A stretch of DNA of 64,000 bases from Parasitella parasitica NRRL 2501 (GCA_025201805.1 MU619243.1:62001-126000); one strand, 5' to 3'; counted from the first letter of the stretch, positions 51,070 through 64,000 are shown. Notes: generated by a model from the sequence alone, not told the origin. Made by a program: numbers and translations.

Positions 51070-54000
51070 TCACAGATAATAGCCTGGAGCCAACCAGTAG
51101 CAAGTAATTTCATCGGTATTCAAGGTATTGGTCATTGAGAGAGAAGCTATTGGCCTTTTATCAAATATCGATATTTGCTTAGAGCGTACTTTTCTTTGCA
51201 GCTTCCTAGCTATGATACGTTTTGATTCTACCAAGTACTTTAAGATGTGGTATAATTCATATTCTGTAAAGAAGCCTCGAAGTTTATCTCGTAAATTAGC
51301 CTAATAAGAATATATGTACGTTAGTCAGTGTGCATAGATCACAATGTGGTATTGCTTACAAATGTTATTCCCGGTCTTTGAAGAATATGGCTCATCGCTG
51401 CATTCGCACAACCCTCTAAAGCAATGGGTATAATGGCTCCAGTTGTGTCATTCCACATTAAAGGTGAAATACATCGTGTGCTGCTCTGTTTTATAAACCA
51501 ACTCGGAATAAACTCTGATGCTATATATCGTAAATGGTCGAACCCTACTATGTGAACAAGAGGTGGCCTGTGATTTTCCAGAACGTTCAACATTTCAAAA
51601 AAAGAGCATTTCTCATGCTCATGCTGGAGAGAAAATACATCTCTAATATCAGACGTCGACGCTCCTGTCTTTCCGAAAAATGCTATTATATCGTATAATG
51701 CCTTGGATAAGGGATATTTTGCATTGAGAGCAATTAAAGAGCGCCCGATTTCTTCTTGTGTTAAAATAGATGTTGCATCAATAGGCTCGACGAAAGTTTT
51801 AGCCTTGTGATTAGCAATCAAATTGCCATCTAAAGTGATACGGAGATCCAGGCCCTTGTATATGAATGCAGTACGCATACTAACTAAAAATATAGAATGC
51901 AGAGTGATACATACCAAAATCATATCTATTGCTAGAGAAACTTACCTGCCGATGCTCTGGGATAGTACACTGACTGTCTCAGCTTGATATATTTATCCAG
52001 GTTCTGAACGTTTATTGAAATCTACATGATTGTAAAAATAAGCATGCTACATGTTGATGTTGTTTCAATATCATCTTACTTGTCGTTGGGATGCGAGATC
52101 AAAACTTGCCGCCACAGTTCCACCATTCATATCAGATGTTTGCAGATCAGAGAAAGGATGAGCAGCTATCTTCTCATGAAAGCACTTTGCCTCTTTGAAG
52201 AATTCAAAAGGTAAAACACCAGAAGCCACGATAAGAAACCTTTGATGGACGACCGTATTTAGTTTACATTACCCTGTTAGCCACATATATAATTGTACTT
52301 ACTTTTCAGATACGTTAATATGACGTCCAGGGATGCGACCGTAACCAGCTTTGCCTTTAATAAGCAAACCTTCTGTTGTCAGAATTTCCACAGCTTGCTC
52401 AATGATTTCATCTGGAAATTTTCTCAGCAGCATGTACCCATCTTTGGAATCGTATACTTCATCTGGCGTAATTAGAATCATCTGTTACATGTTAGATGGT
52501 GGTAATTATGTCATCTATGAAATGTACCTTTATCAAAACGATCACTAAATGAATAGAAACTTTGTTTTCATCATAGTCCATGATACTATTGGATGGGATA
52601 TCATACATTGCTTCATCATAGCAGCGAAAGACATGGTTGTTACCCGCTTCTTCTTGGATGATACTAAACTTGGAATGGAATTCGCTCAGCTTCTTTGGTA
52701 AAGGTTCCATCTGCTGTGCTTGATTTTCTCTTTCTTGCAGTTTCAAGATAAAATATTCAAGAAAGGCAGGCAAATCGTATTCTTGTGTGTCCCATGGTGC
52801 CTCGTCTTTGAGTTCTTTATTAGAGATACCTTCCTGGTATATTTCAAGCCAGTCTGTTTTTAACTTTTTGATTGTATCTGTGGTATTAGGATCCAATACC
52901 ATCATGTAATGCAGAATGCGACGGCACTTTTCAGGGGTACAAGATGTTATCACCTTGGCAATTGGGCTCCAAAAAAAGAACGAGCCTTCCGATCTTGCTT
53001 TCATAATACTGTAGGCATGCAGAAGCACATCTTTTTCAACGTCATTCATAGGGTTTCGAGATTGCTTTGCTGCTGGTATCAAATGTCAGACAGTGATTTT
53101 AGACTATTTTATACGCAAATACGTACCATAGTTTCTTTTTGGAGATTTATAAGGTTCCACTGGAAGCCTCAGTCTTCGCAATTTCCTGCTTGCTATAAAC
53201 GTAGACTCAGTAAAAGGTACCTGTTGCTTCAGTTCAAACATAGCGGCGTCAATCTTGCGCTTCTCCATTGAAGCTTGCATTAGTTCGGCAATAGCAGGTG
53301 ATGCTGTCATACTATTTGTCTTTTGCAGTCTTCGTTCTCCCTTTTCCTTTTGAATGTTGTACTTTTTAAATGCCATAAGGACTGAATTGTAATATACCTG
53401 GACGCGCTTGGTAGTTAAATCCGATTTTTTAGCAATATAATTGCGCAATGATTTATCTTCAGCGGAAGGCACAGTTTTAGCATCGTAATCAACGAATGAG
53501 TCTAGTATGGTTTTCTGCTTCTTTGTCAGTAGTGTATTTGATCTCCACAGCCTGATTAAAACAATGTTGTAAAGTATATCATTCTCATCATGTATAGTAT
53601 CCGTCTTCAGCCTTCTTCTTAAACAGCACGTTTGCAAATCTCTCCAATATCGCTGCACATCGCTAATATCATTAAATTGTATTGTCTCTCGTACGGGATG
53701 CTCTTTAGCAGCATAGTCTTTGAGAACGCCTTGTTCAAGTAATCGAGTTTTTGGCGGAATTGTATATCCATCAATGGTATTCCCTTCAAATGAAACAAGT
53801 GATAGTGCGTGTAAAATTTGAAGTAGATGGATGATTCTAATTCGGATTCGAGGAGCTTCTTGAGAAATGATAGCTTTAATATCTGCGGGAAGGTCACATA
53901 TCGAAATATCTTTGTTCTCATTTGCTTGAATATATTCATCCAGTTTATGGTCATCGTAAGGCAGCAAACCATAGATTTTCATCAATGTGCGTAGAGGGAA

Positions 54001-56273
54001 TAACTTCAAGAAGTCTGCCATATCAACAACGCTGTGTGATATGCCCTTGTATTCAATATACCTAAACAATGCTTCATGTAACTCCTTTGCCCTCATCCAT
54101 TTAGACGAAATCCATCCATTTTCAATCGCTCTAATACGCCATGAATTGGGATTTTCCACCAGTGGTTTAGCCAAGATTTCAGTATCAGTGAAAGATGAGT
54201 GAGGCAAGGCTGGCATATTAACTACTTTCACTTCTTTTCGTTTTGAAACGCCATTCATAATAGGCCTTTGAACACTGTAATTGTCGATAAAATCTGTCAC
54301 TTGTGGACTATCACCGCTCAAGCTTGAGTGAAGAACAAATTTCTTGATCTCTGTCAAGCCATTGGCTTTTTTAATCGCACTTACATATATCTTGAGCTTT
54401 TTTTGATCATGCAATTCCTTTACTAAATCATCAAACGTCTTGCGTGCTACATTTTGACCTCCAGGAGTGTCCAGTTCGAGTCTTTTGAATTCATTCATCA
54501 TCTCCGGATTTAATTCTCGAATTTGAACCTTTTCTACCATGTCCATAATAATGCCGTATCGACGAGTTTTTGTGTTATTGCGTAATGAACTCTTTTTTGC
54601 TTTTTTCAGTGTTGATGGAGCAGTTGTTGTATCAGTACCATTGTTGTTGGGTCTTTTGCTGGGTATTTGAATGGGTTCGTTGTCTGCTTTCTTAACTGTT
54701 ACTTTCTGCTTTTTCGCAGCGTCTTTTCTAGCTAGATAGTTTTCCCTGTCGTAACGCTGACGCTTTTGTAAAGGCTTATTCAGAGTGAGAGCAATTTCAT
54801 CAATGAAATTAGGCTCCTCCAGAATTTCTGGCTTTGCGGGTCTGGGTGTGAGAATTGCAGGCTCTAGAGTCGCATTTGCGCTATTCTCGCTAAATGCTTT
54901 CCATCCATTCAAAGTATAATATCGAAACTGTCGGCTTCTTCCGACAAATTCATCAGTACGATGCAGGATAAATTTAGTGAAATCTGGATTTTTGGATGGT
55001 AGAGTAGCCGACTCAAAAAAGATGTTGAATTGAACAGGGTCAATCAAAGGGTATTTATCGATCAAGTCTTGTCGTAAAAGGCCTTTTTCTCCTGATGCTT
55101 CGATATCCTTGTAAAAAACATAATCAGACGGAAGGTCTCTAAAAATTGAATAATGCCTGTCATTTTGCGTTGTATACTGCAACTGGTGCGATTGGGAACT
55201 GCTCATTGTTGGTGTTGAAGCAACTAGTTTGACGCATTGTCTCATTTTCTTGCCGTCAGAGGCATTAAATTTCTCTATTTCGCCTTGTTCATGCATCTCT
55301 TGTATTCGAACTCGAGCCCATTTTTTTTCTGCAGAAGTGTCAAGTCCTAGTGCATCAATCAAATCAACTACAGGTATGATGTTGTCAGTCGCCTTTTCCA
55401 GCAAATTCTTTATATTGTCTTTGAATACGGGCAGGCGGTAAATCACCCCATCATGTTGCTGGCTTTCCTTAGTTCTAGCGTTAGGCATGCTGGCAAATTG
55501 CTTCAGAAATAATAATTTTGTGCACATGCGAGATATATAAGCATTTTCTTTGACTCTGCAAATAACAAGTTCAAGTTGAATGGGGTGTTTATAAACAGCA
55601 TGAGTTTTTCATCTTACATTAAACCTAGCTGATCTAGCTTTTTCAAATGATAAAAGACCGTTTTCGAATCCATGCTGAACATTTCGCCCAATTCATGTTG
55701 ACTGATACCCTGAGACCGACTTTTAGCAATGCTGTTAAGCATAAGTCTCTGTTTCTCTGTTAAGCCCTTTTTCTCGTGCTTGCATAGACAGCTTGAGTTT
55801 GAGATTTCCTTCTTTGAGTTCATTTCTTATCGATATACCTTTAAAGATCCATAAATTTTTCGATCCAATACGTCTTCTGTTGCCGAAATTGAGATATCCA
55901 AAGATTTCAGGTCGTTGTACGTCAAGTTAATGGGATTGATGGGAATTCCTCTCTAGTAGTGGGTGTGAGTCATATATTTTAGGCTATGTTTCTTTGGCCT
56001 ACCTCTGAAAACAACAACAGGCTATTCCCTTTGATTTGCTGCCATACATATGCCTTATAGCCATCATCGAACAGTAGTGGGTGATTGAGTTGGGTATCTT
56101 TTGAGACTCTTGCGATCAGAGTTTCAACAAGTGCAAAAAATTTATCAGCAGAGCAACCTGCGTGTTTGGATTTATTAAAGTTACAATAAAGCTATAAACA
56201 GGGGGATATTTCGTTTACCTTGGTGTCCTTCTAAAGCTACTTCATCTGCAATGCCGTCCAAGACCTTGTCCAT
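51070..56273 (-). CDS. TFC3: TFIIIC B-box-binding largest subunit (Tfc3/Sfc3/GTF3C1); multi-exon
   Basis: MDKVLDGIADEVALEGHQG/CS start; winged-helix IAKSRSQGISQHELGEMFSMDSKTVFYHLKKL; GWISSKWMRAKELH; RIPGRHINVSEK; PLMWNDTTG...ILQRPGIT. Confidence 0.88.
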
Positions 56274-56494
56274 TTGCAAGAGGTTTTGTAAATGAAACGG
56301 AAAGAAAAGTGGAACGTCAAACAGGATGATGCCTTTCAATTCGATCCTCTGTGACTGAGTGACAAGAAGCACATTAGTGTCTTGATAAAGAAATTGCAAA
56401 AGCACACTAATACAATATTCCCAAAAATAGCGAGATTTGTTGGTTATATGAAAAGGTTTACAATTTTATTTATATTTATATACAGGGTTAATGT

Positions 56495-57963
56495 CTAACT
56501 TGAGTCTTTTCTAGTTGGTAGATTTCTTGCTAATTGAATCAGTGCAGCCTGAGCTTCAGAGGGCGGTAGATGTTCAATTGCTGAAACCGCTAATTCTACA
56601 TGTTTGTTTGCTAATGCAAGTGTTTTTTTTAAGCCGCTACTTTGGTACACCAACAATCGTGCCTATATTTGCATGTCAGTATTTGTTCATGTCATGTATG
56701 TGTATGTGTGTGTGGAGGAAAAAAAAACGCACCCTTTCGGCATCGCCTTCGTTGCTAAATCCACGCTCAATCAAGGTTCCTAGTTCTGCGTGTTCTTCCC
56801 ATGCTAATAAAACTGGTGCTGTAATCCAACCTGAGTTGTGTTTCTTCTTCTTGTCGATATTTGCAGCACTCTGAGAGAAATCTCGTACATCACCAATAAG
56901 CTAATAAGCCAAGGTTAGATCTAGATTTTGACCTGGTGAGCTGATGTACTTATACCTGGAATGCAATGCCTAAATTCTTGCCGTAATTATATGCAATATT
57001 TGCAACATCGCTTGAACAGCCACCCAATACAGATGATGCCTTGCAGCTTTGAGCGATCAAACTACCAGTTTTCAAGTAGACCTTTTCTAAATAGTAGTTG
57101 AAAACTGCTTCCTTGTCCAAGTTTTTCTTATTGAGATCGTGCAATTGCATAAACTCTCCTTCTACAAGATTGGCAATGCAAGTAGCAAACAACTCAATAC
57201 ATTCAGCCTTCTTCAGCTGTGCCAATGCAAGGGAAGCACGTGCCAATAAGAAATCTCCTGCGAGCACAGCCATTTTGTTTCCAAAGCCTGGGTTGGTTGC
57301 CTGCTCGCCATTATCAATCACATCATAATGAAGCAACGAGGAGGTGTAGATCATTTCAGAAATCTCTGCTAATCGTCGCTGCGTAGGTAAAATGGGTATC
57401 TCCGCTGATGAAACTTGTAAATTGACATCTACATCTTCACTCAACAGTTGTTGGTTTGACTTTTTAGGCGTCTGCGAAGTTGCTTTTGCTATCAAGAGCA
57501 CTAAAAGAGGTCGGATTCGATTGGTGTCACCTTGAAAATAGTGGTTTTTGATGGTATTGATAAAGGGATGGCCAGACCCTAACAGACTTGTAATATTTCC
57601 TTTCAATTCCCAGAGATCCTTGCCAACAAGCTTGACAGGGTCAAATATGCGGTCTTGGTCAGCTGAATTAACTAGACTTTGAGCTTCTTTGACAGCTTGG
57701 TCCCAGCCAGTTGCTCGCCCGGTGAATGGCAATGACTCAATGTTGGGCCGAGTTACTTTACGAAGAGGTGTTACCGTCAATAAAGTAGATTTGATGACAT
57801 TGATGCCTTGGGCTAGTTTGTAAAAAGGAGAATCCTCGTCTTGCTGCTTCAATTCAGCCGCCTTTTTGTAATGTGTTGCTGCATGATGAAATGCAGCTAC
57901 AGATACCGGTCTAGTGACCAAAGAATGGTTTTTGGTTAATATCTTGATACTACGTGACAACAT
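56495..57963 (-). CDS. COQ1/Dps1-like long-chain polyprenyl diphosphate synthase paralog with degenerate catalytic motifs (Dlp1/PDSS2-like); 3 exons
   Basis: Mitochondrial presequence MLSRSIK; LLGSGHP, RIRPLLVLL, ILPTQRRLAEISEMIY, FGNKMAVLAGDFLLARAS, YLKTGSLIAQSC and YGKNLGIAFQ. FARM reads HYDVID and SARM reads LIGDVRDF. Confidence 0.9.
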
Positions 57964-59106
57964 ACTGTATTTGATAAGGGAAAATAATCCCTGGTTAATT
58001 TCGTATTTCATAAACTTTACCATTTTCAAATTCCCCCTTGTTTGACGTGGGCTGCTCCTCGGATGAATTTGCAGTCCATCATAAAGTACCACCACCGAGA
58101 CAAAAAGTGCTGTTGCCAAATTGCAGCAGTGGTAATCCTATTTCTAACAATTTTTGATCGTTCTACCTCATGCTATGTCGCTATCATAGATCGTTATTCA
58201 CACTATCATGTATACAAAAAGCATCTTAAAATATTGGGAATAAGCACTTTAAAAAGACCATATTAATGTACATTTTGTTTATCGAGTGGTCATCATATGT
58301 TTATTTCTTAATCATAGCTCAGTAGATAGTAAATAGTCTGGGTAAACTTGTGATATAATATGATGCAAGCAGCAACAGTCTTTATTAGTGGATCAAACAA
58401 AAACCATTCGATAGCTAATTTGTAGCTCTATGTTTGTGTTGCAACAAAGTTATCTTGAAAAACCTTTTGTCTCTCTGAAATTGTGAATAAATCAAGTCTG
58501 TATCCATTTGAAACTTGCACATCTACTAGAAGACTAAATCACAGACAAATATTGATAATAAATCGAAGTTAAATGACCTAATGGCTGTAGAGTAAAACTT
58601 AGCGTAAAAGGGCAAAATTACCTCAAGCCTGCTGTCGAGCTTCACCAAGACATGTTTGGTACCATTGCGTATATCAAAACGCACTTTACTATTTTACTTA
58701 GGGACTTGGGCACGTTGGTGCTTGTTTGTCATAAAACCATATGCTGTAATACCTGCAAAAACTTGATTTTGTAATATCTTTACAGCAAAGATAAATATCG
58801 AGAAATGAAAAAAGTGATGAGGTACATTTATCGTACTAGTTTTAAGATGTATACCTGGCTTCGACCACAAATCCGAACCTAAAAATGACCCTGAAGATCG
58901 ATCCAAATAAAGTCGAAAATTTTAAGGTTTGGGGTCCAAACAGAGCAAAATCTGGAAAATAGTCAGAAGTGAGAGTTATTTCTGTTTAGGATATAGATCA
59001 AATCGTAGCGGCAATGTATTATACCTAGTATAATACATCATAGATCGAGCATGAGTAGAATGCGTAGTAGAATAATAGGATGATGATGACTTCAGTTAGA
59101 CATGGT

Positions 59107-59342
59107 TGTTATATCAATAACATGCTATAGAGCTTGTAGTCAGATCAAGGGCTAAAGCCAATGTGCGTGGATAAAATCATCAGGGAAGTACACGACATAC
59201 TCTATATATAAATCTTGGATACAGTCGTGTATGACGACGTTAGCACATAGTATTAGTTTATATAAATACATCCAGAGGATGTATTTCTAATAAAAATGTA
59301 ACTCTTTGGTAGATTCATTTTACTGACTTATTTTGACATAAC
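59107..59342 (+). mobile_element. Solo-LTR-like repeat, copy 2
   Basis: TGTTATATCAATAACATGCTATA...GGGCTAAAGCCAATGTGCGT...TATAAATACATCCA...TTTTGACATA is shared with 18447-18672. Confidence 0.7.
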
Positions 59343-60755
59343 TATGCCAAAGAGACATGAGTGGTGCCATTGAATATCTGATCTTTATCACAGTACAGAG
59401 TGGTGGTATCCTACGGCATTTTTTTCTGAAATCTGCGTTTAATCCTGATGAATGTTCTTCCACTAAATCTGCTACGAAGATCATTTTATCCTTTATACGT
59501 ATCTGGGCTCTTGTCTTACACTGGTGATTCGTTAACTCTTACCCACCAAGCTCCTACGAATTGATTCAAGGCGTACCCAATTATCCCTCATCCTATCGAA
59601 ACGTAGATTAGCTTAAATCCTCATTCAATCTTGGAATAGCTAAACAAATATATTCAGTTCTAATTGTATTGTTTCTGTCTATATTTCGTTATTCTAAACA
59701 ATTTCGATATGAATAACAAATATTTCCAAAGACAATTTAATAAAGAGACTAGTAGCGACTATACCACGGAGAACGTAGAGTCTTATTAATGGTTGAAAGA
59801 GGAAGCCCGGATTGCTATGGTCCCGGTTTCTAAAAGTCTTTATACAGTTCCATTTGCGTGTCTGTTTCAATGTTAGAATAGAGATGAGGTTCAACCTCCA
59901 GTTAATAGGCAATACCATGCACTTCCCATTACAATTGATGATTGACACCATTTGCTTTCTTTATTTAAATTGTTGGCGTATTTTCTGTTATTTTTTCGAT
60001 TAAAGTCGTATGTTGACATACCATAAATACAATTATTAATAACGCAGCTACACAAAGAGCACAAGGGCTATGTCGAGGTAGTTAAGGAATGTTTCTTTAT
60101 AAGAATTACCATAATTACCCCTGATAATATTTTAGTGTGCTTGAACAGAGGAGGTTTTTTTTTTTTACAGTGTGAGCACTGTATGCTCGCAAAATGGCAC
60201 CATATAATGTCTATTCACCAAATCAACCACTTTTGTTACTTATATATATAATCATGCAATCTTTTCAAGTAGAAAATAAGATTACTTTGCATAATTTTGT
60301 TTTTTTAAAAAACGCGAGAGCTGAGAACCAGGTTAAAGCACTTGCCAGAACTTACTCTTATGTTTCGTTGCATTCTGGGAAAGCAAAAATCAATTGAATT
60401 TCGGAAATGAGGTTTATCATCAAGACATTTATAAGTCAAGAATTAGACAGTTGATACAAAATTACCATTTTGGGTACTGCATGATGTTGATGTTTGTTGA
60501 AAGACAAACATACATTTATTTGGATATTTCTAGAGATATAGCTGAATTGACGAAACAGGTCGAATCTAATCAGCCTGACAAAAATGAAGAAGAGAAATGT
60601 GGTGAAATATCGAGGTTTACTGTATAGCATTTAGAAGAATATACACATACGCAGCAATTGAACAGTCAAAAAGGACATTCTATGCTGTGAAACCGTAAAA
60701 AAGATGTGCAAGAAAGAGGGTCGACTTTGCTTTCTTCTACTAAAAATATTTCATA

Positions 60756-62951
60756 ATGACGGACAAAAAATGGGGTAAGCTACCTTTCGAGATCTTGCTC
60801 TGTATTATCCAATATGTACAACTCTACAACAGCCCAAAATCTAGTACATCCTATTCGTTTATTCGGGAAGCAGTTGACGATTTAATGGCTTGTCAGCTAG
60901 TCTGTAAAGGATGGTCCAGAGCAGCACAGAAAATTCTCTACAAAAACGTCGAACTAGGAACCAACACGCCAGGATTTGTTCGCACCATTACAGAGGACGC
61001 TCCACATCTCGCGAATCTTGTCAAAATACTAAGCTTTTTACCGAGATTCGTGGAACTTGTCGATTGTACTAGGTACGCGGAATCAGTCATAGCAAATTGT
61101 GCACAGGTGGAAGCTTTGTTCGTAACAGATAGCGAAACAGAACAATTGATATGGCCCTGGCTTCTAATGGAAGACACTAAACTTGAAAAGCTTGAAACCA
61201 TTGGGAATACGTCAAATGATGGTGTCGTGAATACTGCTTTATTTTCATTGCTTGCGCTAAAACTGAAAAGGACCTTGACCAGTCTTACTTTGCAAGTAGT
61301 CGATGCTACAAACCGACCTTTGAATCAGTTTGCCTATCCAAATAATCTCTCATCAAATTCAAACATAAGTCAAAAATTTGATTGTGTAATCAAACGCCTC
61401 AATACCTTCATTTCTTTGAAATCTCTGACGCTTACCAATTGCTACCCTTCAACATACAAGATTCTAGATCAGATTGTCAATGATTGCTCACCGACTACGA
61501 AAAATTTGACCATAACGATGTTAAAACTACTTGGATGGAACGACACACAGGAAGAGCATATTCTGCCAAATAACAGTATAACGAAATTGCACATCCAATC
61601 CACTACAATGGACGAATTGTCGCTTTTATATCTGATTCGCAAATTCAAAGCCCTCGATGTTTTGGAAATAAACTCGGTTCATTACAAACTCTCTCAAGCG
61701 AACCAAGATGGATATTGGGGTCAATTGTCACAGCTATGTCTATCCATGTCAAGCTTTGATGTTATGTTAGTATCACAGTTTGGATTCCCAATCATAGTGG
61801 AAAAATGCACGGAGATACTATGGAGAGCTGAGTGCGATGTGCGACATCTGAAAGTATCGTTTCTGGGAAGAAACGATCCCCTTCATCCGACTCAAATTCT
61901 GCCGGAACAACGATTTAGCTTGCGAATACGAAAATACAACTCCAAATCATGCGAAATAGCGATTTCCTTGTATTATCTACCAGGTGGGTCAAAAGAAGAG
62001 GCTTTACAAAACATTGTGAGCTGGATGCAACTCTTTTCTCCTCAAACTATGGACTTGGAAAATCTTGAATCATGTACGAGATATCATAACATGTTTACCA
62101 ATAATCCCAACAATGAATCACGTCTTAAACCATACTTTGACTTTGGTTGCGCCGGTGATGTCAAGCAGTTCTTTACAAAGGAGTGCAATTCTGTGAATTG
62201 GCAAGCCTTCGACAGTATCGTTTCTTTCGACAGCACTGAAAATTTAAAGTTTTGCAGCATGGTATTACCCAACAGCCCTCCTTTATCATCGAACGGTAGT
62301 GATGTGCAACAGGATACAGGCATTCGTCGACTGGAGATGAGTCAATCCATTCTTTATACAATGGCATTTCCAGAGATGTCCAAAAGACTGCCTATATTGC
62401 ACGAACTCATCTTGCATACAAATTGCTATTTGAAGGAAAACCGCTACTCATTAGAAATATTTTTGCCATCAACACAGCTAGACTTATTTTCTTTGATAAT
62501 CGCCCCAACTTGCAATGTTAATTCTAAGACAAACCGCAGAAATTCTTACGGCCTGCACCTGTCAAATTCTGACCATAACTCTGACTCTGATCCCGATTCT
62601 GATCACTACTATGACTCTGACACTGACTATGGCTATAGTTATGGTTATCGCTCAAGCCCTTATCATCGCCATTCGGTAAAGCAAGTCCAAAAATGTGCAT
62701 TGGAAAACCAGGAATTGCTCACAGCCATGACTTCAAATTACACACTGAAAATAGAAACCCAAACAAAAACACACATCTCAGAAAGAGAACAAGGAAATAT
62801 TGTTCAAAGATCCATAGATTCAGGCGTTCAGAATGCTATTACCGGAACAAAGGAGAACTTTTTGATCTGGGTAAAGTTTAAAGAATTGAAGAAATTCAAA
62901 ATTTGTAGCAATGCAGTTGCTGGATCAGAAGGCTATGAAGTGCTTGAATGA
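60756..62951 (+). CDS. Intronless F-box protein with divergent LRR-like repeats (Mucorales-expanded family)
   Basis: 731-aa ORF with N-terminal WGKLPFEILLCIIQYV...LMACQLVCKGWSRAAQKILYKNV, LxxLxL repeats and a DSD/YGY low-complexity insert. Confidence 0.85.
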   Translation: MTDKKWGKLPFEILLCIIQYVQLYNSPKSSTSYSFIREAVDDLMACQLVCKGWSRAAQKILYKNVELGTNTPGFVRTITEDAPHLANLVKILSFLPRFVELVDCTRYAESVIANCAQVEALFVTDSETEQLIWPWLLMEDTKLEKLETIGNTSNDGVVNTALFSLLALKLKRTLTSLTLQVVDATNRPLNQFAYPNNLSSNSNISQKFDCVIKRLNTFISLKSLTLTNCYPSTYKILDQIVNDCSPTTKNLTITMLKLLGWNDTQEEHILPNNSITKLHIQSTTMDELSLLYLIRKFKALDVLEINSVHYKLSQANQDGYWGQLSQLCLSMSSFDVMLVSQFGFPIIVEKCTEILWRAECDVRHLKVSFLGRNDPLHPTQILPEQRFSLRIRKYNSKSCEIAISLYYLPGGSKEEALQNIVSWMQLFSPQTMDLENLESCTRYHNMFTNNPNNESRLKPYFDFGCAGDVKQFFTKECNSVNWQAFDSIVSFDSTENLKFCSMVLPNSPPLSSNGSDVQQDTGIRRLEMSQSILYTMAFPEMSKRLPILHELILHTNCYLKENRYSLEIFLPSTQLDLFSLIIAPTCNVNSKTNRRNSYGLHLSNSDHNSDSDPDSDHYYDSDTDYGYSYGYRSSPYHRHSVKQVQKCALENQELLTAMTSNYTLKIETQTKTHISEREQGNIVQRSIDSGVQNAITGTKENFLIWVKFKELKKFKICSNAVAGSEGYEVLE

Positions 62952-63484
62952 TCTCTATTATACCCAGTCTAATAAAAATCTATATGCAAACAAAGTTTGC
63001 CTCAATTTTAGATGTTTTTGGAAGAATAACATTATTTAGATCACAAAAGAAATGTCGGGCAGAGTTATTGAGACCAGAGTTGTAAAATGAGTTTTGATAA
63101 TGAACCTGCGCAGTTTCATCTTTATAATTGTGATAATCATATACGATATTTTAGATAATTTCCTCTTTGTCATAGTTCCCTAGTCTTATTAAATACAAGG
63201 CACAATTTTTTTTGCAGGGAAAACCACCAATATCGGTTGGAAATTACCAGAATTAACCAAACGTGTTTCTGATATTGTCTACATTTAATAATTTCGAGAG
63301 ATAGCTTCCGATATGAATTGGAGTAATGTTTGATAATTACATTATAGTAGAGGATTGAAAAACTTCCCCCGAGAACACCCCGAAAACAATCACATTGTTG
63401 TTACCGGGTTTGCTATAAAAACAACCTGGTGTTTCACCCTTTATATCAATTTTCCTCACAGCAAAAGAAAAAAGTTGCATTACT

Positions 63485-63970
63485 ATGAGAGCTTATGTTT
63501 ATGATATCCAAGATCCTGCCGATCAGCGTGCTCCTCATGATTTAGGTATCGAAAAATCTCAAGCAGATTTGGAAAAGGTTGGTGTCCTATACTGGCGTAT
63601 TGAGGGAGACGGTGCTCTTGACAAAATCGATGAAATTGCTAAAGAAAGAAGCTACAAAAACAGAGATACAGTAAATATACACTCATAAAATGAAAATGCT
63701 CTTTCACTTAGTTTTTTGTGTGCTAGATTATTGTGTCTCCTGATGCTATGGGATCTAGCTATGGGGAAAAAGTCAAGTCTTTCTTTGCCGAGTGAGTTTC
63801 ATCGAAATTAATAATATTTACATACACGTAATATTTAAGATTCATGTAGGCACCTTCATGAAGATGAAGAAATTCGGTTTATTTTGGATGGCTCTGGCTA
63901 TTTCGATGTTCGCGATCAACAAGATGTTTGGATTCGTATTTACATGGACAAAGGAGACATGATCATTTTG
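63485..63970 (+). CDS. ADI1: Acireductone dioxygenase (ARD/MtnD), 5' part; continues beyond the window
   Basis: DQRAPHD...[20 protein letters not shown] / KVKSFFAE / [34 protein letters not shown] cupin motif. Confidence 0.95.
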
Positions 63971-64000
63971 GTAAGTGGGGTTTGCATTTCTGCCATGTCT

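Noticed and set aside
1-64000. tRNA, rRNA or CRISPR arrays
   Set aside because: No cloverleaf/T-loop motifs, rRNA-like tracts or spaced repeats were seen by eye; tRNAscan-SE would be needed to exclude tRNAs formally.

Overview
AT-rich, intron-rich fungal nuclear DNA. Short 45-70 nt GT-AG introns, gene content and transposon families point to Mucorales, probably Mucor or a close relative (inference). About 21 protein genes can be reconstructed by hand-splicing. Housekeeping genes: GET5/MDY2, RPL10, RPS10, an Alba/Rpp25-like gene, TMEM170, UTP20, PRM10/ThrE, TFIIIC TFC3, ADI1 and a mitochondrial PPR gene. Others: a bZIP factor, a FYRN/FYRC protein, a GPCR-like 7TM protein, an LRR/BC-box protein, two F-box proteins and a secreted PL8 lyase. 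Mobile DNA: a nest of decayed transposons at 17.4-19.4 kb and two copies of a solo-LTR-like repeat. The most unusual part is the 40-46.5 kb minus-strand block. It holds a secreted pepsin-fold pseudoprotease, a Kelch beta-propeller fused to a DEG/ENaC/ASIC-like two-TM channel module, and a ~1 kb structured, apparently non-coding TATA-to-polyA unit (lncRNA candidate). A COQ1 paralog that has lost its catalytic motifs looks like a Dlp1/PDSS2-type non-catalytic subunit. All exon boundaries and homologies were read by eye; no searches were run.
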